From Lytechinus pictus (taxonomy: Eukaryota): a stretch of DNA of 64,000 bases. Position numbers and translations under genes: made by a program. Below, one piece after another: positions 39,991 to 52,944 of the stretch (position 1 is the first letter of the stretch; each line of letters begins with the position of its first letter). The stretch is from NCBI RefSeq assembly GCF_037042905.1, contig NC_087245.1, positions 39,558,001 to 39,622,000 of the forward strand, written 5' to 3'. The notes beneath the pieces are model-generated. The model saw only the letters and a list, made by a program, of their open reading frames with translations. It was not told the origin of the DNA and searched no databases.

Positions 39991-40839
39991 GGGTATTCGG
40001 TCTTCAACATGGTTGTGCGGTTCCATGAGATATGATATAAGATATTGTGAAGGAGTTAAGAGTCAGAAGTGAAGAAAGACGGACTTTACATCAACTGGTT
40101 GTATATTGCAGCCGAAACGAACCAGCTCGTCAGGAAAGAAAGTCGGTTCGGCTACAATATATATACATATATATGCATATATATATACATAAATATATAT
40201 ATTCAATTAATTGGAAATCTATGGAAAATGTATTATGCAATAAAAATTTATTGATGTATTACTGATGTATACCGGTATTGTATTATTAAAACAAAATGGT
40301 CATGTCAAGTGAAAACGATTTAAACATTATTCTACATTATATATGTAAGGTAAAAAATGCTTTGGGGGGGGGGGGGACATTTTTATTACCGTGGAGCCAT
40401 GTACAGTTTTCCAGAGCAATCTCTTTTTCAGCTCTGGGCATTGTTTCGCATCACAGTTTCTAGCTGCTTGTATATTCGTTTACATACAATTGTTAAATGA
40501 TTATTGAATTGTTAATTGTTCACTAAATGTAATTATTTCAATATTTGTAACTGTTAGATCTATTTTCTAACTTTACCGGTACATTTTTAAAATTGTCCAT
40601 CAAATTGAATAGCTCAAGATGAAGTTGATTAAATTTGAACAGAATTGGCACTTACTGGAATTTCATTAATGATTTTCAATTTCTTGATAATAAATAACTC
40701 ACTTGAAATTATTTTTTGGATATATTCAATGCATTGCCTGCTAGATAGCTAACATTAGAAAACTTGCCAGAAAATTCAATTCATTTCACAAATTCACATG
40801 TCGTGCCAGCACAGTCAATCACATCACCGCAGCATACAT

Positions 40840-41830
40840 GCACACCCAACGCAGTCACGTTACGGACGCGCGCGTCAGTAACGTTGGGGAAGAACAATAG
40901 GAAACAAGATGGCGGCGTAAACATTGGGCGAGTCTCTCCTGTCTTTTCATAATATTTTTCTAATCTTTTTGATGAATTCTTGTTCAAAAATGAAATTGAT
41001 AGGCAGATAGAGTAAAAATGTGGAAATGAAGTTGTATCCCATGATGTGATTTAGGGCTAGGGCCTAGATCTTTTTGAAGGAAAGTAGAAATCATGTAGAA
41101 AACATGTAGATGAATGCACTCGAATCCCTGGCTTCGTGGAGAGTAAGCATATGTTTGTAAATGATTTTTACTCTCTAGAATTTAGGCTTAGCCTCCTGCC
41201 CTGGCTACGCGCGAGGACGATCAACCACTTTCTTTTTTTACTTGCATGACTTGGCCTAATTAGGCGCGTATTAATTTAATATCAACACATTCATGGATCG
41301 CTGCACTGCCAACAACAATGACATAACACCTTCATGAACATACAACGACAGACAATTCGTTCTTCTCCACATAAACGTGCTCACTCAGAATTTAGTCAGA
41401 TCGATCATCGGATCAGGTCTGACGACGGCCGCCTACGGGAAGATCACTGGTTCCCACCCCGAACATTCCCCGTACGCTTGACCTCACAGCCCGATGGTGG
41501 CCTCGTCTTTTTTATCGGACAACACTGTCAACAGCTTCGTTATTTTCCTATTAGAAATCATTTGCAAGAAATACTGACCTTGACTTTGAATGTGTTATGA
41601 AGAAATCACTCCTTAGTTGGCAGAGCTAGCAGCTTTAGCCTTTTTTTCCAGTGCGTGTAGTTAGTCTCTCAGGATGAGATTTATTTATCTTTCGAGTGAC
41701 AGGAAGCGAACGAACCCGTCGAATTCGAGATATCCTCCCAAGATGGCCGCTTCCGCAATTAAAGAGGTTGTGAGCCCTCTCCGTCAAAAACATTACATCG
41801 AGTGCGGAAAGCGAGTAAAATTTCAATTTC
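40840..41830. promoter_or_regulatory. CpG-rich promoter-like region with two YY1-type motifs
   Basis: CAAGATGGCGGC at 40905-40916, CAAGATGGCCGC at 41739-41750 followed by ETS-like CTTCCG, and a minus-strand donor CAAG|gtcagt at 41578. Confidence 0.4.
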
Positions 41831-41992
41831 GTTTACGGACCATTATTTTTAATGACTGTACAGAATTTCATAAAAATGAGAAACAAATAATGCAAACTTG
41901 GAGCGCAAGCTTAATCTTTTTATGAATTATAATGACCTAAAAAAGTGCACTGCAATATTCCGTAAGAATACATATTTATGCATGAACACAGG

Positions 41993-43056
41993 CAGTGCAT
42001 GGCGTACCGTGGGTCACGGCATGGGGGGGACCAGCAAAAAATGTTGAGTCACTAAGATGGGCGCACGAAGCGTGCTCAATTGCCATGTATACTGACCTAA
42101 TAGGTACATTTTAAGGACTGTGCCATTAAACTGATATGTACCTCAATAATAAAATAATGCGAGCGCGAAGCGCGAGCTGAAATTTTTTTATATTAAGACC
42201 TAAAAAGGGACATTATAAGCAAATTTGTGTAATCATGATACCTACCTGTCTCGCTAAACAAACAATGCGAGCGCAAAGCGCGAGCTGAAATTTGTGTATA
42301 TTGACCCTAAACAAGGACATCTCAAGGTCTATTTTTTCAGGAATCCATTAAGAGTATATCTCACAATAGTCATCTAATGTGTGTGCCAAACGCTTGCTGA
42401 TTTTTTTTTGAATTATACATCTAAATACATGAAGCACTTTTTGTACGTTGTTGTAGTCATTGTAATCATGATTATACGCATTTCACTAATCAAATATTGC
42501 GAGCGCGAAGCGCAAGCTGAAAATATAGGAAATTAAGACCAAAAGAGGGGCATTCTAATGCTTGTTTGTAGGAATTCATTATGTATGACGCGAAGCGCGA
42601 GCTGAAAATTGTTGATATTCAGATCTGAAAAAGGGACATTTTGAGCCGGAGGACTAACTTTAGGAATTCATGAAGAGCATTATCTCACTAATCTACTAAT
42701 GCGAACGTTAGCGCGGATTGAAAATCAAAGTTTTATATTCAGACCTTAAAGGGGGCAATCACTTTAAGTAGTCATGAAAAAGAAGCGTATGTCACTAAAT
42801 AAAACAATAATAACTCGAAGTGCGAGGAAATATATTTGATGTATATATTGACTTGAAAACAGGATGTGTTAGTACATATATCTCGTTTAACAGACAATGC
42901 GAGCACCATGCAGGAACGATGAACACAAAGGCCCTGCATGAGCAAATTATATTTCATAAAGTTATGAAAAAATATTTCAATAATTTCTTCTTTCCCACTT
43001 CGTTTCTCTTCCTTTCTCCCTCTTTTTCTCCTTTCCCCCTTTTTTGCCAGCCACTG
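41993..43056. mobile_element. hAT-like non-autonomous element with GCGAAGCGCGAGC repeats
   Basis: CAGTG ... CCACTG termini, 8-bp flanks AACACAGG and AACATAGG, and repeated GCGAGCGCGAAGCGCGAGCTGAAA units. Confidence 0.7.
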
Positions 43057-44891
43057 AACATAGGGGCAGTGAGCCAGTGACACAGGTAGACAGGGGGCCC
43101 CTAGTATAAGCTCACCCTTTTTTAAGTACTGAAAAAGAGGAGAAAGGAAGAAACCAACCTTCCTTTAATTCGTCTTCTTTTTTCATCCTTCACTTCCGTT
43201 TATACTTCCGTTATTCACTTTTTTTCACCCCTTTCCCCTCCTGCGCGAATCGTGAAGCTTTCGATGAGTTTTCTTAAACTTTGAATGAAAAGTAGACGCC
43301 ACTCTCGTCTTTAATACTTTTATCGGCTCAGTTGTCTGTTTATGAAGGTTACACTTCGTAATTCCGAAGGTTCTTTATTCCGAAGGTTCGTAATTCCGAA
43401 ACACGTAAATTGCCTATACCTCGATGTTCGTTAATCCGAAAACGAAAAAGGGTTCGTTAATCCAAACATTTGTGGCGTTATTCCGAAGGTTCGATAATCT
43501 GAAAACGAAATAAGGTTCGTTATAAGGTTCGTTGTTATGAACTAAGGTTCGTTAATCCGAAAACGAAATAAGGTTCGTTGTTCCGAAGGTTCGTTAATCC
43601 GAAAACGAAATAAGATTCGTTGTTCCGAAGGATCGATAATCCGAAAACGAAATAAAGGTTCGTTGTTCCGAAGGTTCGTTAGTCCAAAAACGAAATAAGG
43701 TTCGTTGTTCCGAAGGTTCGATAATCCGAAAACGAAATAAGGTTCGTTGTTCCGAAGGTTCGTTAAACTGAAAACGAAATAAGAGTCGTTATTCCGAAGG
43801 TTCGTTAATCCGAAAAATGAAAACCGGGAAAGCAGAGGAAGGGCAAGTGTGGTGGTGGGGGGGGGGGGGGTGGACACCATTGCTGTTCAGTTGTTATGAG
43901 GATGGGAAGGCAAGGGCGGCCGAACGAATTTTCGTTTGGGGGCAAAGCCAAAAATGACACTCGTACGTCAATATGGGCACTTTGGAGATATTTTCACCAT
44001 GAGATTATCATCCGCGTGAAGTCATTGTGTGTAGTAAGTAAGTAGAGAAAAGCCTTTTAAAAGTGACTTCTGATTATGGAAAGATGTATATTTAGGCTTT
44101 ATTTTTCGCGAGAGAGTATAATGAGCGAGCGGTTAAAAAAAAATTCAAAGCTGAAGTTGTAAAACTCGTTTTGGGGGTCAATTACTGTTAAAATGGCATT
44201 ATTGCGAGGTGTTGCGAACTTGCATCACAAGCTCAAACTTTAGGGCATTTCAATGAGAAATGAAAATAAAAAATTCCGAGCAGGTGTCTGCTATCATTAA
44301 AACTCATTAACCATGGACCCTAGGGTCCATGATCTAACTAAGGAATTAACACAAGCGCAAAGCAAGAGTTTAAATATACTGACCAGAAAAGGAACCTGTT
44401 AAGGACTGCATTTAGTGACCTCTTTAGGATACATATTTTACCAATCGAATAATGCGAGTGCGAAGCGCGAGCTGAAAATTGTAATATTCCAGCTGAAAAT
44501 TAATTTAAAATGTATACTTTAAAAAGAGTATTTATTTTGAAAAAAAAGGGAATTTTCCATTTTGGAAAAATAGCAATTCTCTGTTATTTATTTTGGGGGT
44601 GCAAGTGCCTCCTGCCCTCCCCCCCCCCCCGGCGGATCCAACTTTCGCCAATAGGGGGGGGGGGTGCGAAATTTTTCACCCATAATTTCCCCAATCGGCA
44701 GCTCAAAGTTGATTTATGTTTGTTTCTCTCTTTGAAATGGTAGTCCTAACAGTCAATAATAAGCTTTATTCTTATAAAATAAAGTAAACATCATATAAGC
44801 CCTTTTTAAATAATGTGAGCGCGAGCTATAATTTTTTTTTAAAATATGATTGGCAATATGTTTGTGATCTTCAAAACAAGATGCCTAACTA

Positions 44892-46277
44892 CAGTGCGTA
44901 TAAAAAAAACGGGACAGATTTGAAAAGTCTATAAAATTTTTGTTTCAAATTATGATCTCTATATTTTGGTGTCAATAGGTGCTCTGAGGTCTTATCCTTT
45001 AAATGCCATTAAAATAATTTAGTTTCGTTCATGCTTGAGCGAACACGGAATGTTTTTGTCTGGGGTTAAAAAGGAGGCTTGCGCCAAAATGGCATAAAAT
45101 TATAAATTTAATGGTCGGACTTTTTGCTAATCAGCAGACTTCCTCTTAACCTTTTCATTATCTTTGCCATAATTTTCGAATTATGCGGTCAAAATTCGTT
45201 TCCAAATTTACTTATTTGCTTAAAAAGTTTTGTTGTTCGTTCGTTTTTAATAGGTTCTCTTTCAGCTTTGAATATTTCTTCTCTATAAGCAAAAACAATT
45301 TTTTTTTTCAACCAAAGTATGGGAGAGCGTCAATTTTTTTTCAAATCCTTTCATTGGGTGCTACAAAGGTTATGGTGCCTTTGAACAGTGGCATACTGAT
45401 GGGTGGGGGATCGGGGTGCCCACCCCCCAAAAAAAAAAAATAATAATAATAATAAATAAATAAATCATGACCAAGAAAAAAAGTGAAAAGGAAAATCACA
45501 GAAAACATAGAAAGTGAAATATGATATCATTTTCTTAATATTATGTCAAAATCACAAAATTTGATATTTTAATAAAAAAAGTGGAAATGTTTTGCTTGCT
45601 CGCTTCACAACTTTTTAATACATTTTACCCGATCTGCCTTATCTTGCTCCTTCAAAATCGACTCAATAGGCTACACCATTGCCATTGAAAGACATGAATC
45701 CTTTCCTGTTTGTCCTGCCAAGGCACAAGCACATAATTAAACTTGAAGGATTCAATAACACCTTGAAAATAGGATTCATGTCTTTTATAGGTACCATAAC
45801 ATAATTTGTTTCACATAATAAAAGGATTTGAATAATTACAAATTCTCACAATTAATAATGCTAATCTTCTTACTTGGGTTGACAAAAAGTCTTCATTTCT
45901 TACTTATGAAGGAAAATTCAAAGGTAAGAAATGAAAACCAAAATAATTCAGGTAAAAAAATAAATGTGTAAATGAAATTTGACAGCATAATTTGAAAATT
46001 ATGGCAAAGATAATGAAAAGATTAAGAGGAAGTCTGCTGATTGGCCAAAGTCTACTCATCAAATTTCTAATTTCTGACATTTTGGCGCAAGCCTTTTTTT
46101 GAACCCCCGACAAAAACGTCCCATGTTCGCTCAAGCATGAACAAAATATATATTTTTTAAATTGCATTTCAAAGATAAGATATCAGAGCATCTATTAACA
46201 TCAAAATATAGATATAATAATTTGAAACAAATTTGTTATAGACTTTTCAAAACTGTCCCGTTTTTTAATACGCACTG
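44892..46277. mobile_element. Tc1/mariner-like MITE with long TIRs
   Basis: TA|CAGTGCGTATAAAAAAAACGGGACAG ... CTGTCCCGTTTTTTAATACGCACTG|TA with imperfect arms of about 300 bp. Confidence 0.88.
45386..45681. mobile_element. hAT-like MITE nested in the Tc1-like element
   Basis: CAGTGGCATAC ... CTACACCATTG with 8-bp flanks CCTTTGAA and CCATTGAA. Confidence 0.65.
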
Positions 46278-46756
46278 TATAAATAACAACTGCGAGCAAG
46301 AAGCGCGAGCAGAAATTTTAAATATATAAGCTCTGACCTGATCTAAAAGACACGTTAAGGAATTTTTGCAGTTATAGCCATGAAGACGATACATGTTTCA
46401 ACCAGGGGCGGTGGAACGAATTTTCCTGGGGGGGGGGGGGGCAAAGCCAAAAAAGTGCACTTATATGCCAAAACGGGCATTTTGGTGCAAACGGATATTT
46501 TCACCATGATATTATCATCTGTGTAAAGAAGTTGTGTGTTTTGTAGTAATTAAGTTGAGCAAAGTTTTTTTTAATTGATAAGATATATATTTAGGTTTTA
46601 TTTTTCGCGAGCAAGCGGTTTGGATTTTTTTTTTAATCTGAAGTTGTAAAGCTCGCTTTTTGGTCAATTATGGACCTAATTACTGTTGAAAGGGCATCCT
46701 TGTGAGATGTTGTGAGCGAATCACGAGCTCAAACTTTTGGAAATTTCATGTAGGCC

Positions 46757-47095
46757 TAATAATAATAATAATAATAATGATGATGATAATAATAATAATA
46801 ATAATAATAATATTGGTATTATTTACCAAGGGAAGCCACTTCAGTTCTGAAAACTGTTCTCCCAGCTGGCCCTGCTATTATTATTACCCCGGCTTTAGCT
46901 GGACCTCCTAGGCGCCCAAAGGAAGGCATTTAAGGAATTTCTTCCTACCGGGTACCCATTCACCTCACCTGGGTTGAGTGCAGCACAGTGTGGATAAAGT
47001 TCTTGCTGAAGGAAATTACGCCATGGCTGGGATTCGAACCTACGACTCTCTGTTTCATAGTCAGAAGACTAATCCATTGGGCCACAACGCCCCAC
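46757..47095 (-). mobile_element. tRNA-derived SINE with an alternative 3' tail
   Basis: Head and body nearly match 20906-21227; the tail is GCAGGGCCAGCTGGGAGAACAG...GGTAAATAA followed by (ATT)n. Confidence 0.9.
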
Positions 47096-48237
47096 GTAAA
47101 AAGTAAACATTCCGAGCAGGATTAACATTGTTAACACTAGGCGTAATGATCAATAAAATGTTATTAACAATTATATAATTCTTTATTACCATTTTTATTA
47201 TGATCATCGTTAAGATTATTATGATCATCATTAGTATTATTTTTATTTTTATCACCAGCAGAAGCTCTTATTAAAAATGACATCCCCTCCAATACAAATC
47301 CTATTATCTGGAGGTTACTCGCACGCGACCAACACACTTAATCCCCTGCATCCTTAAACCATTACATGTATTTTGCTTAGGCAGCAATTGCTCAGATAAA
47401 ATCGAAATTAAGCCTAGGGCCTATGCTTGATCCGGGCGCCTATTCTTAATGCAATACATGCTTTGGCCACAACACACACATGTATCATCGTTATGCATAT
47501 CCTGTTATCTTATAAGGACAACACCGTTCTTGTTACCAAAATGAATTAATTTATTTTCGGAAATACGAACCTTATTTAATTTTCGGATTAACGAACCTTA
47601 TTTCGTTTTTGGACTAACGAACCTTCGGAATTATGAACCTCATTTCGTTTTCGGACTAACGAACCTTCGGAGTTTCGAACCTTCGGAAATACGAACCTTC
47701 GGAATAACGAACCTTCGGAATATCCGAACCTTCGGAATAACGAAGCTTCGGAATTATGAAAAAAAATTATGAAACCTGTCTTCGAAGAAATTGTGATGTG
47801 CAAAAAAAAGATGAAATGGTGAAAATTGATATGATTTCTCTCCCTGCGCGAAGCACAGAAAATAAAACGTTTTATCAAATATTTTAAGAAACTAGGAAAA
47901 AGAAATTATTGGAGTCATATTTATGATTAAGAATTTAATCTATACTCGTTATGTTGTATATTTTTACCTATGTTTGTAACTGGGGACGTTCTAACCCACA
48001 AGTTTTGCTTTTTAGATCTCACTTTTTTCCTTATCTACTATGTTAATATTGTATATGAATTAATTTATTACCTGTTGTAAATTTGCCATGTTTAATGACT
48101 TGAAATGCATTAAAATCCTAAGTTTTTGTAAATGTGTAAGTTTTAATCATTTGGAAATTTACACATTTAATTGAATTGAAATGAAATGAGTATTGAAAGA
48201 AAAAATAATCAAGGGATGCATACAACTATAATTATTA

Positions 48238-49333
48238 TACTCCTCAAAAAACGTTTGGAAATCTGACTTTGATCGATAATCCCTCCTCGGTTTTAGTTAG
48301 TATCAATGTGTAATTAATATTAATGAATAGAACAGTTCATTTTCTTTGAAATGATACCCTACATGATATGATCATGGTTCACATGGAGGTGCAGTGCCTT
48401 GGAATGTGGGGCAAGGTCAAAATTCAAAAGTTGCAAACTGACACAATATCGAAAGTCACTGTTCTTTTTTTCCGTGGTGATGAGTGAGTTTCTCAGCGGT
48501 TTCTTTTGACTTTGATCGATAATTCCTCATCGGTTTTTAGTAAATATCAATGTGTAATTAATATCATTGAATAGATCATTTAATTTTCTTTAAAATGATA
48601 CCCTACATGGTATGATTGTGGTTCACATGGAGGTGCAGTGCCTTGAAATGTGGGGGCAAGGTCAAAATTCAAAAGTTGCAAAATGACACAACATTGAAAG
48701 TCGCTGTTCTTTTTTCAGTGGTGATGAGTGAGCTTCTCACCGGTGCACCATACCACCAACATTAACATGGAATCAAACACACCTCTGCACAAGTAAACAC
48801 ATAACAAACAAACATGCATTTCAAACCACGACTCAAACCATGTTATCTCACAGAACCATCACTACACTACACTACCATTGACACAGACAAAAGAATCATG
48901 TTCTGTATTGACCCTTCATGACTATTTCTGCTCGTTTTTGCAGCTTTTCAATTCAGACCTCATCCAACACTTTTCAATCCTGCTCTTTCCGCGATGGCAT
49001 GAATCTAACAAGCATGGTATCATATTAAAGAGAATTAAATGATCTTTTGAATGATATCAAATATGCATTGCGTAAAATTGGGAGTCAGGAGACATTAATG
49101 GCCAAACTCAGATTTTCAAACTTTTTTTGCTCGTTTTGCAGCTTTTCAATTCAGACCTCATCCAACACTTTTTACTCCTGCTCTTTTCGTGATGGCATGA
49201 TCATAACAAGCATGGTGTCATTTTAAAGAAAATTAAATGATCTTTTGAATGATGTAAAATATGCATTGTGTAAAATTGGGAGTTGGATAAAATTAATGGC
49301 AAACACAGATTTCCAAACTTTTTTTGAGGGGTT
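48238..49333. mobile_element. Tc1-like non-autonomous element with duplicated subterminal blocks
   Basis: TACTCCTCAAAAAACGTTTGGAAATCTG ... CAGATTTCCAAACTTTTTTTGAGG. Tandem duplications at about 48265-48500/48507-48745 and 48925-49122/49123-49325. Confidence 0.8.
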
Positions 49334-49535
49334 TTATCCCGGGTTTTATTTCGGTTTTACGAAAACGTGTGACGATGTGTGATCTAAGTGAGACTGTAAT
49401 GTTTATAGTGATAGAGGGCGCTATGAGAATAGCCAAGAGCTAGACATGGGGTGTATTTTCAATTGGTCTAATGCCAATTCGTCCAATTACCAACTCGTCT
49501 ACTATCATTTGGTCTACCATCAGCTCGTCCACTAT

Positions 49536-51613
49536 CGGGGGCGGCGGAACCAGGGAGGGGGGTGGGGGAGGGTGGGCACTTGCCCCCCTTAAAAAAATCC
49601 TCGTAGGAAGAAAATGCCCTTTTTCCAAAATGGAAAGTGCCCTTTTTTCAAAATAAAATGTGCACTTTTTCAAAATGAATTTTGTTTTTGAAGTGTAAAA
49701 CGTAATACATTTTAGGTTAGAAAATAACAAAAGTTTTGACTCGCGCTCGCACCAATTATTGTTTAGTCAGGTACTAATTCTGTCTTTGGTTACAAAAATG
49801 CTTAGAATATGTTCAGTTTTCAGCCAGGTGAGAATATCACAAATTTTTGGCTCGCGGCTTGCGCTCGCATGAGTCGCATCAATCATCGTTTGATAAGGTA
49901 CTCAATTAGTTCTTGGTTACAAAAAGTGCTTAGAATGTCCGGTTTTCAGGTTGGAATATCACAAATTTATGCTCTTGCTTCGAGCTCGCATTATTCGACG
50001 GTGAGATATATATCCTATTTATCAGTCACTAAATGCAATCCTTAGCATGTCCCTTTTCTGGTCAGTACATAAATTAAAAAAATCAGCTCGCGCTTCGCGC
50101 TCTCGTCAATTCTTTAGTGAGATACACAACTTTGTCATGATAACCAAAACTCCTTGGAATGTTTAATTCCATGTCTTTTTAATTTATCGGAAGGAGAGCA
50201 GCAAGGGACATCTCTACTTTGATCAGGCTTAGTCCTACAACATCGCTGGAGCAAAGTAAAGTAAAAGTTAAAGCTTGCGATTCGCGCTCGCAACATCTCG
50301 CGAGGATGCCCTAATTAGCGCCATAATTGACCAAAAGTTTCACAACTTCAGATCTGAGTTTTTTTTTCTCCAAACCGCTTGTTCGCTGAAAAAATAAAGC
50401 CTAAATATATATTTTATCAATCAGAAATCACTTCGAAACTTAATTACTATACAAAACGCACAACTACTTCACGCAGATGATAATCTCATCCTCCCTTATC
50501 TAAACTACGGAATTTTATCCTGGGGTAATTCACAAATAACACAAACTAATAGAATATTTTTGCTCCAAAAACGAATTGTTAGAATAATTGAAAATGCCCA
50601 TTACCGTGCTCATACAAGCCCGTTATTTAAAAAAAATAGAATACTAAAAATTTACGATCTCTATCTCCTGAACCTTGGAACTTTTATGTTCCAGCTATCA
50701 AAAAAACGAATTACCCACCGCAATTACTTCACTCTTTACCAAAAACACTGACATCCATACATACCCTACAAGACAAGCTATACAACATCAATATCACCCC
50801 CCCCCCCTCTGACTAGAACCACACTCGCACAAAAAACATCATTTACACAGGTCCCAAATACTGGAATGGTCTTCACCAAAGCCTTAAACAAAATAGAAAT
50901 ATAAACACCTTCAAAAAACACCTAAAACTTTCATTCCTTAATGAGTACAATGTATGACACACATGAACTGTTTTATCTTTTCCACAATACTTGCCTCTCG
51001 ACCCTATTTCTCTTTCTCCTCCCCTTTACTTTTCTGCTGGACACATAATCGTTTCTTTTTGTTTTGTTTTTTCCCCCAGTATTTTAATATTCCCTTATCC
51101 CCTAACCTATGTAGTTACTGCCCCCCTTTTCTTTCCTTGTTATTCAAACCTATTTTGCCGTTCTTCATATATGGTCTAGATTGTCTTACTTTACTTTTAA
51201 TTACATACGATTAAGATTACTATAAATTTATCCTAAGGGACTTACAATTACAAGCTTCGCTTTTTAATAAGTCCCTCATTTTCATTTTCACATGCTAACT
51301 GTAATCTATAATTTGTCTAATCAAAATGTATCTTGAACAAAAAAATTGTATACATTCCATCTATTTCCTACGAATCTGTTAATTGATTATTGAAGTATTC
51401 TTGTGACACTTATTCTGTTTTGTACCATCATACATATGTATATATATGTTTGTTATGTTTATTATCAGAAAATGGAAGTGAAATAAACTAAACTGAAACT
51501 GAAACTGAAAATATTTTGCACCAAAATGCCAAAATTTAAAATATAAGCGCCCTATTTGGGCTTTGCCCCCCCCCCCCAAAAAAAAACAACGAAAATACGT
51601 TCCGCCGCCCCTG
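49536..51613. mobile_element. hAT-like non-autonomous element
   Basis: TIRs CGGGGGCGGCGGAAC / GTTCCGCCGCCCCTG and an exact 8-bp target duplication TCCACTAT (49528-49535 and 51614-51621). Confidence 0.88.
50488..51510 (+). mobile_element. 5'-truncated LINE of the CR1/L2/Crack/Daphne group: ORF2 C-terminus, 3' UTR and (AAACTG)n tail
   Basis: Reads ILPYLNYGILSWGNSQITQTNRIFLLQKRIVRIIENAHYRAHTSPLFKKNRILKIYDLY, typical of the post-RT region, then frameshifts. Ends AATAAACTAAACTGAAACTGAAACTGAAA. Confidence 0.88.
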
Positions 51614-52206
51614 TCCACTATCCACATGCATGGTCTAATTGCCATTTCGCCTACTCACCATTTCGTCTTATAACCAGATGGTCAAATAGCCATTAAGTCC
51701 ATATACCATTCTGTCTAATTGGATTAAGTGTTAATTGGGCGAAAGGAATTGAAATAAAATGGGTATTGTACCAACTGGTTATTAGACGAAATGTTCATAA
51801 ACGAACTGTTGATTAGACGAAATGTTCATAAACGAACTGGTGATTAGACGAAAAGATTACTGGACGAAATGATTGTTAGACGAAATGTTAATGGACTGAA
51901 TGACATTAGATAAATGCAGGTAGACCATGTGATGAGTGGACGAGTTGGCAAGAGATGAATTGGCAATTTACCCATGGGGTGCCCCGACCCAGTCCCCACT
52001 TGTGCACCAGTTAAGGGTGGGGCAGTCTTTAAGACTGAAGTTTCAAGTACACGTGAGCTTTGTTTTACAAGACTACGTGTAATCCCTAGAGACTATTGTA
52101 ATGATGTGTGCGCGAAGCGCGAGCTGATATTTTGAAAATGTCGTCAATTTTCATGGTGCTTACCATCTTTTTGGGGGTGGTGATCATACAGGCCATCTAT
52201 CCACAT

Positions 52207-52268
52207 GGATTGATTGATTGATTGAATGATTGATTGATTGATTGATTGAATGATTGATTGATTGATTG

Positions 52269-52314
<46 letters not shown>

Positions 52315-52445
52315 GGATTGATTGATTGATTGATGGATGGATGCCTATGGATGGATTGATTGATGGATGGATGGATTAATTAATTAATTGATTGATTGGT
52401 TTATTGATTCATTGATTGGTTGATTGATCGAATGAGTGGGTGATT
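52207..52445. repeat. (GATT)n/(GATG)n microsatellite
   Basis: Visible directly in the sequence. Confidence 0.95.
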
Positions 52446-52841
52446 GAGTCCATCCACCAGGAATATTGAGGGATATAACACCCTCTTCCACTGGATCGAC
52501 AAGGGCGTGGGGTCGACATCCATAATGCAGATTATAGGAACCGGTGCAAAAAGAAAAAAAAATGAGAGGGATAGGGGCAAGCAGAAAATAAGAAGACAAA
52601 TAAAACAGAGGAAGAAAAGTGAATAGGGATGATGTGAATTTACAAAACTCTCAAAATATGTTAAGCTCACTGACGCTCCGGGCTGTATTTGGTTACTTTT
52701 GTGAGAAAACAAAATGTTGCTGATTGTTCAGATGAAAGTATGAAAACTGGGGTGACATTCGTAATTCTCAATTCCGAAGGATCGTTATTCCGAAGGATCG
52801 TTATTCCGAAGGTTCGTTATTCCGAAAACGCAATAAGATTC

Positions 52842-52944
52842 CAGGGACCTGTCCACGGAGGATTAGTCTATTGTTACTGGGGGTGCTGAGCATTGTCACA
52901 GCACCCCCAGTAACAATAGATAATCCTCCGTAGCCAGGTCCATG
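52842..52944. mobile_element. 103-bp hairpin MITE (hAT/P-like)
   Basis: CAGGGACCTG ... CAGGTCCATG, near-complete self-complementarity, and an exact 8-bp target duplication TAAGATTC. Confidence 0.85.

Larger units (their letters stand above)
43351..47760. mobile_element. Composite element with TTCCGAAGGTTCG tandem-array ends, copy X (contains nested insertions)
   Basis: Starts ACACTTCGTAATTCCGAAGG. Arrays at 43351-43815 and inverted at 47555-47760. The interior is homologous, in inverted orientation, to 52756-55655. Confidence 0.65.

Noticed and set aside
39568..40026. 152-aa minus-strand ORF
   Set aside because: It is open because of tandem repeats and an (AT)n run; no recognisable domain.
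40110..40140. Second hammerhead (CTGACGA on the minus strand)
   Set aside because: No downstream GAAA or stem III can be formed.
43351..43815. Regular TTCCGAAGGTTCG repeats resembling a CRISPR array
   Set aside because: The intervening sequences are near-identical rather than unique spacers, there are no cas genes, and the context is a eukaryotic transposon end.
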